Part shown: one piece after another, positions 8,707-18,284 of the stretch
Numbering within the stretch: position 1 is the stretch's first letter
Layout: every line of letters begins with the position of its first letter
Assembly (NCBI GenBank): GCA_963829005.1
Contig: CAWHGU010000004.1
Coordinates: 25,179 to 89,178, forward strand
Length of the DNA: 64,000 nt
From: Vulcanimicrobiota bacterium
GTDB taxonomy: Bacteria > Vulcanimicrobiota > Vulcanimicrobiia > Vulcanimicrobiales > Vulcanimicrobiaceae
Reading direction: 5' to 3'
Notes under the pieces: model-generated
The model's input: the letters and a program-made list of their open reading frames with translations, nothing else
What the model was told of the DNA's origin: nothing
Database searches by the model: none
Translations under genes and position numbers: made by a program

Positions 8707-8939
8707 TCGAAAACGCCTGATTCTGCATGCTGTTTGTTTTCGCCGTTTTTCGACGGCATTGTTCTCATTGACGACGATCCTACGACAACCGAGGGCGGGC
8801 GGTGCTGTTGGCCGTACCTGCGGTGTCTATGGGCGGCACCTGGTCGGGCCCGGATGTCATTTCCGGTTCGGTTCTGTTCGCCGGTCTCGTTGGCTTATTT
8901 CTAAATGCCTTGACCGGACCATTTCCGAAACGGCGATAA

Positions 8940-9047
8940 ATGCCTGGTTTCCAGCAACCGCGTCTTCTCGCGCTGATCGTCGTCGTAATAGTCGCATTGC
9001 TGATAGGCGTAGCTTGGCTCTTCTACGTGTCGGTCGGCGCGGACTGA
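8940..9047 (+). CDS. possible 35-aa single-TM peptide
   Basis: MPGFQQPRLLALIVVVIVALLIGVAWLFYVSVGAD. Short, with no homology support. Confidence 0.2.
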   Translation: MPGFQQPRLLALIVVVIVALLIGVAWLFYVSVGAD

Positions 9048-9081
9048 GTGCCTCGCCGACACCGTAAGGTCATGACGGCCG

Positions 9082-9411
9082 TCAGTAGTTTGTGCCGCGA
9101 TTACCGTCTCGAAATATGTCCTTCACGAGTGCCTCAAACGCGACGAACTCGCTGCGCGGCTGTAAAGTTACCTCCTTAGCGATCACATGCACGTGATCGA
9201 AAAGGAGCCGCTCAGCCTTCTCCGGATCGCCCGTTGCGAGAACGGAGACAAGCGCATCGACGCGTTCACGCAACGCCTGTAAGTGCTCCTCCAGACACCC
9301 GCGAACGCTGTCAATACGCCCGTAGTTGAAGCAGCACTGCTCGTGGAGAACGAACTCCGGCACCGGATCGTCGCTCCTGCGACTGACGGTGAATGCCGTC
9401 GACGACTTCAT
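9082..9411 (-). CDS. hypothetical protein, FCD-like (GntR C-terminal domain-like) without an HTH
   Basis: EEHLQALRERVDALVSVLATGDPEKAERLLFDHVHVI resembles the FCD ligand-binding helices. It has no DNA-binding N-terminus. Confidence 0.35.
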   Translation of the reverse strand: MKSSTAFTVSRRSDDPVPEFVLHEQCCFNYGRIDSVRGCLEEHLQALRERVDALVSVLATGDPEKAERLLFDHVHVIAKEVTLQPRSEFVAFEALVKDIFRDGNRGTNY

Positions 9412-9414
9412 GCT

Positions 9415-9687
9415 TTACCGGCGGCCGCTTTCCGAGAACGCGCGCGGCCGAGCCTCGTTCACGATGAGTGCGCGCCCGTCAATCATACGTCCCGAAAGCT
9501 CCGCAATCGCCGCATCGGCCGCATACGGAGCGTCGAATTCCACAAAGCCGAAGCCTTTAGGGCGCTGGGAGACTCGATCAACTACGACGCGGGCGGAGAT
9601 CACTCGCCCGGACGCCCCAAAAAGGGCTCTGAGGTCGTCCTCGGTCATCGAGTACGGGAGATTTCCGACGAAAAGGGTTTTTGACAT
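9415..9687 (-). CDS. RRM-type RNA-binding protein (90 aa)
   Basis: RNP-2 LFVGNL and RNP-1 KGFGFVEF motifs. Confidence 0.9.
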   Translation of the reverse strand: MSKTLFVGNLPYSMTEDDLRALFGASGRVISARVVVDRVSQRPKGFGFVEFDAPYAADAAIAELSGRMIDGRALIVNEARPRAFSESGRR

Positions 9688-9813
9688 GACGCTGCTTTCA
9701 AAAAGAAGGTTGTGCTTGCTACTGATAATACCATATCACTAGCATTCGTCAAGTCGCGATCCCTATCGGGCGCCCACGGGCTTAGCGGCCGGTGGAGAAA
9801 GGCGACCGCTAGG

Positions 9814-10194
9814 CTAGGCCGCGCATGTGGCACATAGACCATACAGCGTTACAGAATGTTGCTTAACCCGAAACCTCGGCGGTGCCAGCTTACGAAGATT
9901 ATCCGGGCACCCCTCGACGTCAAACGCTCGATCGCACTTCTCGCACTGGAAATGATGGTGATGTCCTTTGTTCGCCCGCTCGTAGCGAGCGGGTTCCCCG
10001 GGTATTTCGACCGTTTCGATCCAACCTTCGGTCAACAACGCCGCGACCGCACGGTAGACCGTCGCCACGCCTAAACCCTTGACTCGCCTCGACGCCGCCT
10101 TGAGCAACTCGTCGACGCTTAAAGGGCGCTCCGCGTCGGCCAAGACCGCACGCACGGCGTCCCGCTGCTTCGTCTTCCGACTCACAGGAACCAC
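9814..10194 (-). CDS. Fur-family metalloregulator
   Basis: KQRDAVRAVL...VATVYRAVAALLTEGWI winged helix, HHHHFQCEKC and CATC metal-site motifs. Confidence 0.85.
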   Translation of the reverse strand: MVPVSRKTKQRDAVRAVLADAERPLSVDELLKAASRRVKGLGVATVYRAVAALLTEGWIETVEIPGEPARYERANKGHHHHFQCEKCDRAFDVEGCPDNLRKLAPPRFRVKQHSVTLYGLCATCAA

Positions 10195-10275
10195 TACTTG
10201 TTATCCTCCGCCTCGGAACTCTTCACGACAGGAGCATTTTTCAGCCCCACCGGGCGCAGCGCCTGCCGCATTCGC

Positions 10276-10304
10276 TTGACTATTTGATAATGATACGCTA
10301 ATCT
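10276..10304 (+). promoter_or_regulatory. sigma70-like promoter (TTGACT, 17 nt, TAATCT) overlapped by a Fur-box half (GATAATGATA)
   Basis: TTGACTATTTGATAATGATACGCTAATCT lies about 80 nt upstream of the TonB-dependent receptor and divergent from the fur-like gene. Confidence 0.5.
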
Positions 10305-10383
10305 CAGTTGAGATCGCAAGGCGCCCTGGCACGTTTCTCACGACGCCACCGCGCGTTGCCCGCTACGACTCGGAGAGGATACG

Positions 10384-12777
10384 ATGAGCGACTCCTGGCG
10401 CCGCTTTGCTACCGCTACGCTGATTGCCGGCGCCTTGGTTTTCTCGTGCGCTGCTCCGAGCTACGCCGTCAATGCTAGCGCCTTCCTGAGCGGAACGGTA
10501 ACGAATAAGGGAGTCCCGGTCGCGGGCGCTCGAGTAAGCGCGTCCGGGAACAACCTCACGATGCATGTAACGACGAACGCGCGCGGGCACTTCTCGTTCC
10601 CGCCACTTCCGCTCGGCACGTATGACGTCGGCGCGCAGTACGGCGACCTGCAGGGTATCGTACGCGTCGACCTCGGAAGCGGCGGCGCCAGCGTCGAGAT
10701 CGTCTTAACGACCCTGAAGGAAATTCAGCACGTTGTGGTGAGTCGAGCGCAGACGGACGTAATTCATGGAAGCGGCAGCGACGTCGTGGTGAATCAAGCG
10801 TACTTGACCCAGATGCCCTTCAATAACAGCTTCTCCGAGATGGAGATCCAGATGCCCGGGGCCGTTCGGGGAGCAAACGGTGTCGTCCACATCAACGGCG
10901 ACCACGGGGTCATCAACTACATGCTCGATGGGGTCGCCTTACCGCAGGAGCTCAACCGCGATATCGGCGGCGAGATCAACCTCAACGATCTCTCCTTCAT
11001 CGACCTTATAGAGGGTGCATACCCGGCGCAGTACGGCTTGCGTTTCGGCTCCGTATTCAACATGGCCACTCGATCCGGGACCGGCCCCCCGGGTATCGAC
11101 GGCTATGCGTCTGCCGGCTCGTATACAAACGCCCAATCGCAGCTCGGCTATCACGCGCCGATCGGGACCGCGGGCGGCTACGACATCGCCTTCAATGGGT
11201 ATCAAACGACGCGGGGGCTCGATCCTCCGAACTTCAACTCGCCCCACAACAATGCGAGTTCCGTGGGGCAGTTCGCTACGGCCACACTGCCCGCGGGCGG
11301 GAATAACTTCACGAAGGTCACGTTGGCCAACAGCTACAGCACGTTTCAGATTCCCAACGACGTCGCCAACGGCGAACCGGCTTCGACCGATGATAACGAA
11401 ACTCAGGGCGACACCTTTCTAGCGGTTCAGTATCATCATCCGATCGGCGATACCGGGCTGATTACGTTCGGGCCGGCGTACAAGGCTTCAAAGATCCAAG
11501 ACTTCGGGGATCCGGTTAACGATTGGATCTATGGGGAGGCCCACAACGTGCAACCGCCTCCCTACGGAAACGGCGGCACGTCGACGGATTGCGCGGAAGC
11601 CCTCGAGACCGGAACCTTTTCTGCGACGACGTGCGGCTATACGCTCGCAGACCAGCGGAGTGCGCTCGATTACATCATGCAGGGCGACTACGTTCAGACT
11701 TTCGGTCAGCACACCGTCGCGGCCGGCTTATCGTACGAGCTAACTCGCGTATTGAAGTATTATGCGATCACGCTGCAGCCGAACAACTTTCTCGCGCCCA
11801 TCCAAACCCCGAGCACGCCCAACGCCCCGGCGACCGTCATCGACAATGCTCCGAACCTCGGAAATACGTACCAGTCGTACCTTCAAGACAGTTGGCGCAT
11901 GAGCAGCCTCTGGGAAGCGGACTACGGGCTTCGCTACGACTTCTTCACGATCAAGTCGACCGACTTTTCGCAGGGATTCGGCGCCTTCAGCCCTCGGTTC
12001 AAGCTCACGCGCTTTTTCGGCAAACGCGCGAGTCTTTACGCCTACATCGGCCGCTTTTTCGAACCATTTTCGCTTGAGAACGTTAGCCCGCATGCCGCCT
12101 ACCTTCTCAATCTTCCGTTGCAGCCGACCTTGGCGCAGTTTGACCTCAAACCGGAGCGTGATACGCAGCTCGAATTCGGCGGCCACATACCCGTAGGGTC
12201 CGGCGACCTTGGCTTCCGGGTTTGGCAAAAGAACGCAAACGACCTCATCGACGACACCCAAGTGGGCCTTACGCTTCTCCATCAAGACATCAACTACGTG
12301 CTCGGGAGATTGTCGCAAGAGGCTGTTAACTACGTTCAACCGCTGGAACGGAACGGTCGGGCTTATTTCTCTGTTGCGCACGTGGTCTCGCTCAACAAGG
12401 GTTGCGAAACTCAACTGCTCGCGCCCTGCTTCGGATCTCCGACAGACTTCACACCGGCGGATCACGAACAGAACTGGAGCATCGCCAGCGGCGTCCTACT
12501 CAACGATCGGCACGGGGGCTGGTTTTCGCTCGACGGGGAATATGGCAGCGGCTTGTCGTCGGCGATCTGCCCTGCGGGCACGCCCGGAAACTGCAAGATG
12601 ACACCCCACACCATTTTCAATCTCGCAGAAGGCATCGCAATCGCGCCGAAGGCCGCGCTAACGCTCGGTATCCAGAACGTGCTCAACGATCGCTACTTCG
12701 TGACGCTCTTAAATGCGCAGGGAAATCACTACGCGCCGCCGCGGATGTTTACTTTCGGCGTTAGGGTTCGACCGTAA
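10384..12777 (+). CDS. TonB-dependent receptor with N-terminal carboxypeptidase-regulatory-like domain
   Basis: Signal peptide, SGTVTNKGVPVAGARVSASG...GTYDV CarboxypepD_reg-like domain, plug region, long beta-barrel, and a C-terminal aromatic-rich end (FTFGVRVRP). Confidence 0.85.
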   Translation: MSDSWRRFATATLIAGALVFSCAAPSYAVNASAFLSGTVTNKGVPVAGARVSASGNNLTMHVTTNARGHFSFPPLPLGTYDVGAQYGDLQGIVRVDLGSGGASVEIVLTTLKEIQHVVVSRAQTDVIHGSGSDVVVNQAYLTQMPFNNSFSEMEIQMPGAVRGANGVVHINGDHGVINYMLDGVALPQELNRDIGGEINLNDLSFIDLIEGAYPAQYGLRFGSVFNMATRSGTGPPGIDGYASAGSYTNAQSQLGYHAPIGTAGGYDIAFNGYQTTRGLDPPNFNSPHNNASSVGQFATATLPAGGNNFTKVTLANSYSTFQIPNDVANGEPASTDDNETQGDTFLAVQYHHPIGDTGLITFGPAYKASKIQDFGDPVNDWIYGEAHNVQPPPYGNGGTSTDCAEALETGTFSATTCGYTLADQRSALDYIMQGDYVQTFGQHTVAAGLSYELTRVLKYYAITLQPNNFLAPIQTPSTPNAPATVIDNAPNLGNTYQSYLQDSWRMSSLWEADYGLRYDFFTIKSTDFSQGFGAFSPRFKLTRFFGKRASLYAYIGRFFEPFSLENVSPHAAYLLNLPLQPTLAQFDLKPERDTQLEFGGHIPVGSGDLGFRVWQKNANDLIDDTQVGLTLLHQDINYVLGRLSQEAVNYVQPLERNGRAYFSVAHVVSLNKGCETQLLAPCFGSPTDFTPADHEQNWSIASGVLLNDRHGGWFSLDGEYGSGLSSAICPAGTPGNCKMTPHTIFNLAEGIAIAPKAALTLGIQNVLNDRYFVTLLNAQGNHYAPPRMFTFGVRVRP

Positions 12778-12873
12778 ACTGAGGCCGTGAAGCGCACTAC
12801 TGGTAAACGAATGCATGCCTGGGATCTGGACAGCAAACCGTGTTCGAGCGAGAATATCAGCAACCGGTATTGC

Positions 12874-12898
12874 GGTTCGAGTCCCCCCATCTCCACCA
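12874..12898 (+). repeat. tmRNA/tRNA-like 3' end, copy D (identity starts inside the T-loop)
   Basis: GGTTCGAGTCCCCCCATCTCCACCA. The 5' half of the T-stem is absent. Confidence 0.65.
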
Positions 12899-12903
12899 AA
12901 AAA

Positions 12904-12942
12904 CGGGCCGATTCCTTAAGGGATTTCGGCGTTTTTGTTTTT
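12904..12942 (+). terminator. intrinsic terminator attached to copy D, between convergent genes
   Basis: CGGGCCGATTCC-TTAA-GGGATTTCGGCG hairpin followed by TTTTTGTTTTT. Confidence 0.6.
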
Positions 12943-12963
12943 GCGGCAAGACGGCCGAGCGAT

Positions 12964-13914
12964 CTAAGTATCGAACGGGAAGATGCGCTTCCAGTCGTTC
13001 TTCATGCTGATGACGATCCAGCCTTTTGCCTTCGCCTCGTCCGCGAGCGCCTGCGTAAATGCGCCGAACTTTGTGTCGGCTTGCGCCGTCCCCGGACCGT
13101 AGGCGTACTCGCGTTCTGCATCGTCGTGCAGCACCAGGCTCATGAAGCGTGCTCCGCCCCCGGCCTGCGTGTACTCGAGCATCTGCTTGTCTCCGGTGCT
13201 GTTTCCGAACGCCGCCCGGGGCGGATGCCCAAGAAACAGGTAGATATCTTGAGGCTTGCCTGACGAATCGTCGTAGAGCAACAGCTTTGGCGGTCGCATG
13301 AGGATTGCATTTCCGTTGGCATCGTACTCGAACTGCGCGGCTAATGACGAGCCGATGACGTTCTCCGCCGGCGTGCCATAGACCCGATCTGCATACGTCC
13401 GCACGAAAGCCTGGCCACCGCCCGTAACGATGTGCACCTTGTATCCATTGGCGCGCAGATACCGCATGACTTCTAGCATCGGTTGATACACGAGTTCGGT
13501 ATACAAGCGATTCCAGCGCGGGTGCTTCGCCGTGGCGATCCAGTCGGCGACGATAGTATGGAACGCCCCGGTCGTCATGCCCGCATGCGTCGCGGCAACC
13601 AGCTTCTCGAGGTCATCCATGGTGAAGCTTGCAAACGCCGCGAGGTCACCGGCTAGTGCCGATTTGAAAGGCTCGGTGGTGTTCCATTCCGGATGCTGTG
13701 GTGCCAGCTCGGCGAGCCGATGTAGAGCGAACGCAACCTGCGTATAAACCGGGTGCTCGACCCAGAGCGTCCCGTCTTGATCGAAGGTCGCGATGCAATC
13801 CTTCTCGGGAGCGAAGTCGGGGCTCGTCGCGTCGGTCGTCCTGCGAACGAAGTCCTGGATGGCCGACTTCGACGGCCCATCATTCCAGGAGGGCAGTGGA
13901 TCGGCGGCGCTCAC
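12964..13914 (-). CDS. HAD-superfamily hydrolase (large-cap type)
   Basis: FDQDGTLW (DxDxT) motif I, TGGGQAFV, and the later GNSTGDKQM motif. 316 aa. Confidence 0.7.
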   Translation of the reverse strand: MSAADPLPSWNDGPSKSAIQDFVRRTTDATSPDFAPEKDCIATFDQDGTLWVEHPVYTQVAFALHRLAELAPQHPEWNTTEPFKSALAGDLAAFASFTMDDLEKLVAATHAGMTTGAFHTIVADWIATAKHPRWNRLYTELVYQPMLEVMRYLRANGYKVHIVTGGGQAFVRTYADRVYGTPAENVIGSSLAAQFEYDANGNAILMRPPKLLLYDDSSGKPQDIYLFLGHPPRAAFGNSTGDKQMLEYTQAGGGARFMSLVLHDDAEREYAYGPGTAQADTKFGAFTQALADEAKAKGWIVISMKNDWKRIFPFDT

Positions 13915-14545
13915 GGCCTTAACTCCAGCAACTTGAGTGCTTTGCGAGCGGTCCCGTAGTTACCGAGTTGATAGACTGATGCCCCGGAAGGCGAGAACGT
14001 AAAGGCATCAAAGGGCGCGGCAAGCATTCTGTTCAGGTAGTCCACCGTGCCCACGCCGATGGTGACGTGCGGATTGAAATGCGTGCCGGTCGCCTGCGGG
14101 ACGAACGCCGCGACGTAATCAATCGTCGGCTGGTTGATATCCGGTTCCTCGGGCGTCGTAAAAAACGCAGCGGCGGTCCCTTCTTTAACGGTGAACGGCG
14201 CGACTGCGTCGATGAGGGCTTGCTGTAACGCGAGCAGCTCCGGAGTCGGTCGAACCACGATGCCCGCCAAACCGATCGGGCCGCCGGGAAGTAATACTTG
14301 AACGCCGTCAGCTTCCAGGGCAACGGATTCGCCCGCGCCATCACCTTGGCCGCGACATCGTAGATTTGCTCCAGGTTTTCGGTCGAGACGTACCCCTGCA
14401 GCACGGAGATGTGCGGGTGATGCGTAGCGTCCAGAGAGAAGCCCTTCGGAAATTCCCCAAGCAGATGGGCATTGGCGGCGCGCGCGTGCTGGATCATCGT
14501 TGCGTCAGGCTCTAACGCGATGTCGATCGCAATAGTCGAACTCAC
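13911..14545 (-). pseudogene. 2H-phosphoesterase / 2'-5' RNA ligase-like protein, frameshifted near 14278-14288
   Basis: Two H-x-S/T motifs (HPHISVL in frame a, HVTIGV in frame b). The frames join as ...FKYYFP|GGPIGLAGIVVRP at a C/G run. Confidence 0.6.
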
Positions 14546-14838
14546 TTGTACTTCCTTTTTGAGGGGCGCCTAACGCTCCTCTGCGGGTAGAACAATGGGG
14601 AGAAAGCGGCGTATCAGGCCAAAAAACCCTAATATAGCAAGCCTTTGCTGAACCAGATGTTGCTTGCCCTGCATTCGAGTAGCCAAAACGGCATCTGCGT
14701 TAACACCCGGCCAACGGAAGAACCGGGCGATCAGCTCACTGCTGGTAGGACTCTCCAGGCGGGCCCGCCGTTTAGCGTGCTGAGCTTTCGGTTATAAGAT
14801 TGCAGGCCAGCATATGAACTATTTTCCAGAATGAAAGG

Positions 14839-15336
14839 TTGGTCGTGATCAAGACGCTCAGCGACCTGTTTTACGAAACGCTTCGAGACATGTTCTATGC
14901 GGAAAAGAAGATTCTCCGAACACTTCCGAAGTTGGCAAAGGCCGTTAACTCGGACGAACTGCGCGAGGCGTTCCTGCACCATCGGGACGAAACCGAGGGG
15001 CAGGTCGAAAGGATCGAGCGCGTTTTCGAGATTATCGGCAAAGCCGCGCGCGGAAAGACTTGTGATGCCATCGACGGTATCATCGAGGAAGGCAGCGCGG
15101 TTATGGAAGACTTCAAGGGCAACCCAGCGTTGGATGCCGGTCTGCTTGCAGGAGCGCAAGCGGTCGAGCACTACGAAATTTCTCGCTACGGAACGCTAAT
15201 CGCTTGGGCGAAAGTAATGCGATTGTCTGAGGCGCCGGATCTCTTGCAAGAAACGCTTGAGCAGGAAGTGAAGACTGACGAGTTGTTGACGAAGATCGCG
15301 AAAAAAGCCGTCAACGTCGCGGCAGCCGTAAAATAG
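14839..15336 (+). CDS. DUF892 (YciE/YciF) ferritin-like protein
   Basis: LSDLFYETLRDMFYAEKKILRTLPKLA...HHRDETEGQVERIERVFE...AVEHYEISRYGTL is a strong family signature. Confidence 0.8.
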   Translation: MVVIKTLSDLFYETLRDMFYAEKKILRTLPKLAKAVNSDELREAFLHHRDETEGQVERIERVFEIIGKAARGKTCDAIDGIIEEGSAVMEDFKGNPALDAGLLAGAQAVEHYEISRYGTLIAWAKVMRLSEAPDLLQETLEQEVKTDELLTKIAKKAVNVAAAVK

Positions 15337-15354
15337 TCATTTGGCCGAGAGCCG

Positions 15355-15948
15355 TTAGTGAGGAATTCGTCTTCTTTCTATGATGAGATAGACGGTAGCC
15401 ACTTTATCGCTTAAATTCGCAAAGCTATGAGGGACTCCGGCCTCGTACAGAAGCGAGTCCCCAGCGCGTAGTGTAACTCGCTCGTCGCCAAATTTCACTT
15501 GAAGCGTCCCACGCTCGACGTGGATTCGCTCAATCGTACCGGGACCGTGCGCCGCGAACGTTCCGCTCTCAGTTCGGCGGGGCAACTTGAATCGGACGAA
15601 CTCCACACTACTGCCGGCGTGCTGGCCGGCGAGATTCGTCCGTTGGACGCCAGACACGTCGGTTACTGTGCGTTGCTTTGCCGCCCTTATGACCCGAGGG
15701 GATCGAGGCAGGCTGTTAGGAGTGTCGTCCACCAGCGCTGAGAGAGACAGACTCAATGCCTCGGCGACTCCCGCCAAGAGCGCAATTGTGGGCGACTTTG
15801 CGCCACGCTCGATGTCCGAGAGCATCGACCTGGAAACACCGCTGCTCTGGGCAAGGGAGCGCAACGAGACGCCGCGCCCTAACCGAATCCCCCTGATCCT
15901 TCGCCCGATAGCTGCGGCGTCCGCTATAGAGGACGCGGCTTTAGTCAA
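15355..15948 (-). CDS. XRE-family HTH regulator with C-terminal cupin domain
   Basis: LRSLAQSSGVSRSMLSDIERGAKSPTIALL HTH plus GDSLLYEAGVPHSFAN cupin motif. Confidence 0.85.
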   Translation of the reverse strand: MTKAASSIADAAAIGRRIRGIRLGRGVSLRSLAQSSGVSRSMLSDIERGAKSPTIALLAGVAEALSLSLSALVDDTPNSLPRSPRVIRAAKQRTVTDVSGVQRTNLAGQHAGSSVEFVRFKLPRRTESGTFAAHGPGTIERIHVERGTLQVKFGDERVTLRAGDSLLYEAGVPHSFANLSDKVATVYLIIERRRIPH

Positions 15949-15960
15949 GCGAATACTCGC

Positions 15961-16899
15961 GTGGTGGCAAGTTCCCGGAGGGACCTGAGGATCGGACTAC
16001 TGCTGGGTATGCTTGGCGTCGTGTCTTTTAGTCTGACACTTCCGGCTACGCGCGTTGCGGTTCCGGAGCTTGGCGCAGTTGTCGTCGCCTTTGGTCGCGC
16101 GATAGTTGCCGCTACCCTCGCTGGCACGCTGTTGGTGCTCCGGCGCGAGCCATTTCCAGCGTCCCATGTGATTGCGCTCATAGCGACTGGTCTCGGCGTT
16201 GTCGTCGGATTTCCTCTCTTTTCCGCAGTGGCGCTAAACACTGTTCCGGCAGTCCATGCCGCGGTCATCGTGGGATTCACGCCCGCCGCGACTGCGGTGT
16301 TCGCAACCTTGCGCGATCATGAACGGCCGAGTCTCGCATTCTGGATCGCGTCGGCACTTGGCCTAGTAGCGATCATCGTATTCGCCGAACTTCAAGGGGC
16401 CGGGGCGCTTCGTCTCCCCGACCTCCTCCTTCTTCTAGCGGTAGCTTCTGCCGCATTCGGATACACCGAGGGTGCGCGGGTGTCGCGTGAGATTGGGGGA
16501 TGGCGGACCATCTGTTGGGCGCTGGTTCTCACCGCGCCGCTGCTGATTATCCCAGTCGGCCTTGACGTCCTCCGGCGAGGCGGACTTCAGGCGAGTCCAT
16601 CGGCATGGATCGGTTTCGGATACGTAGGCGTCATAAGCATGTTCTTGGGTTTCTTCGCCTGGTATGCTGGCCTCGCGCGCGGGGGGACCGCCCGCGTCAG
16701 TCAACTTCAACTCATTCAATTTCCCTTGACAGCCCTGTGGGGCGCACTCCTTCTAGGAGAGACCGTCGGAATAGGGACGGTGGTGGTAGGGGGCGTGGTC
16801 GTTGCGACGGCTGCGACGGCGGTGCGTCTCCGAGTTGGAGGAAACGGGTGCGCGGCCCGTATCAAAAACGGCGCCTGCTCGAGCACTCCGACGAAATGA
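15961..16899 (+). CDS. EamA/DMT-family transporter
   Basis: About 10 TM helices with a duplicated EamA-like pattern. Divergent from the XRE-cupin regulator. Confidence 0.8.
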   Translation: MVASSRRDLRIGLLLGMLGVVSFSLTLPATRVAVPELGAVVVAFGRAIVAATLAGTLLVLRREPFPASHVIALIATGLGVVVGFPLFSAVALNTVPAVHAAVIVGFTPAATAVFATLRDHERPSLAFWIASALGLVAIIVFAELQGAGALRLPDLLLLLAVASAAFGYTEGARVSREIGGWRTICWALVLTAPLLIIPVGLDVLRRGGLQASPSAWIGFGYVGVISMFLGFFAWYAGLARGGTARVSQLQLIQFPLTALWGALLLGETVGIGTVVVGGVVVATAATAVRLRVGGNGCAARIKNGACSSTPTK

Positions 16900-16914
16900 A
16901 CACGGAGGTTCTAA

Positions 16915-17895
16915 ATGGATGCTCCCTACGATAACGAGCTAACCCTACCGTCCATTTACGATATAACGGCTGCTGAAGCCCGAATTCAGCGCTACGTTCA
17001 TCGAACTCCGGTTCTTGAGAGTAGCACGTTGACCTCGTTGTGCAATGCAAGGCTCTTTTTCAAGTGCGAGAACCTCCAAAGAGGAGGCTCGTTCAAAGCG
17101 CGCGGCGCGCATAACGCGGTGTTTGCGCTTTCCGATCAAGAAGCTCAGCGAGGTGTAGTGACCCACTCGTCAGGAAACCATGGAGCGGCCGTTGCGATGG
17201 CGGCAAAGAGCCGCGGAATCCCGGCGCATATCGTGGTGCCGGAAAACTCGGTTCGGGCAAAGATCGATAGTATTCGAAGACTTGGCGCGAACATTGTCAC
17301 TTGTAAGGCTACTTTGAGGGATCGGGAAGCAGCCGCGTCAGAGGTAGCATCCAAAACTGGTGCTTTTTTCATTCACAGCTATCACAACCTGTTTGTCATT
17401 GCCGGCCAAGGGACCGCTGTAACTGAGCTACTCGACGATCAACCAGATTTGGACGTGATCGTCGCTCCCGTTGGAGGGGGCGGCTTATTGGCTGGAACCG
17501 CAGTCGCGGCGAAAGCACTCAGACCGAGCATCATGGTCGTCGGGGCCGAGCCCGCGATGGCCGATGATGCGCTTCGCTCTTTTCGTGAAGGTCGTCTGAT
17601 CCCCCAGGCCAACCCACAAACAGTCGCGGATGGCCTACGAACCTCTCTTAGTCCCCTCACGTTCGCGCTGATCGCGGCATATGTGGACGACATCGTTTCA
17701 GTATCTGAGGCTGAAATCGTGAGAGCTATGCGAATCATCTGGTCGGTCCTCAAGGTCGTGGTCGAGCCGTCCGCTGCGGTATCCCTCGCCGCCATCCTTG
17801 CCAATACTTCTGACCCACTTTTTGTCTCGAAGCGAGTCGGCATTATCTTGTCAGGGGGCAACGTAGATCTGGATCGACTGCCCTGGTTAACTTGA
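16915..17895 (+). CDS. PLP-dependent serine racemase / threonine(hydroxyaspartate) dehydratase family enzyme
   Basis: FKCENLQRGGSFKARGA (PLP lysine), VTHSSGNHGAAVA, and GGGGLLAG glycine loop. Confidence 0.85.
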   Translation: MDAPYDNELTLPSIYDITAAEARIQRYVHRTPVLESSTLTSLCNARLFFKCENLQRGGSFKARGAHNAVFALSDQEAQRGVVTHSSGNHGAAVAMAAKSRGIPAHIVVPENSVRAKIDSIRRLGANIVTCKATLRDREAAASEVASKTGAFFIHSYHNLFVIAGQGTAVTELLDDQPDLDVIVAPVGGGGLLAGTAVAAKALRPSIMVVGAEPAMADDALRSFREGRLIPQANPQTVADGLRTSLSPLTFALIAAYVDDIVSVSEAEIVRAMRIIWSVLKVVVEPSAAVSLAAILANTSDPLFVSKRVGIILSGGNVDLDRLPWLT

Positions 17896-17939
17896 TGCCA
17901 GTAGGCCAATACCCTACGCTGCAATAAAGGGAGGGATTC

Positions 17940-18284
17940 ATGCCAGAACATTTGCCCGACAACTTTCGAAACAACGATGATGTAAAGTACGGAGCGTTAC
18001 GCGTTGTTGACATTCCAGCAGAATCGGCGACACATGCGCCATGGTTCAATCAGACGCTGACGACGGTCAACAAAGCCGTCGTTCGTCTGGGCATTTTCCA
18101 AGGGAATTTTTCCTGCCATAAGCACGTTGATCAAGATGAGTTCTTTCTCGTCCGTCAACACCAGGGCTTCACTGTCCCCAAAGGTATAATGCACCGCCCG
18201 CGGTCGCCACAACGCGCAGTGGTCTTGATGGTCGAGTCCTTGGGAATCACTCCTACGGGAGACTGGAAGGCCGTCTTACCGTGA
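17940..18284 (+). CDS. cupin-domain protein (possibly internally shortened)
   Basis: HKHVDQDEFFLV...FTVPKGIMHRP cupin motifs. The segment between the motifs looks shorter than usual. Confidence 0.5.
   Translation: MPEHLPDNFRNNDDVKYGALRVVDIPAESATHAPWFNQTLTTVNKAVVRLGIFQGNFSCHKHVDQDEFFLVRQHQGFTVPKGIMHRPRSPQRAVVLMVESLGITPTGDWKAVLP

Noticed and set aside
12787-13263. 158-aa ORF running through repeat copy D and its terminator
   Set aside because: It reads across a tRNA-like element and a terminator hairpin, and then runs antisense to the well-supported HAD gene. The translation has no family resemblance.
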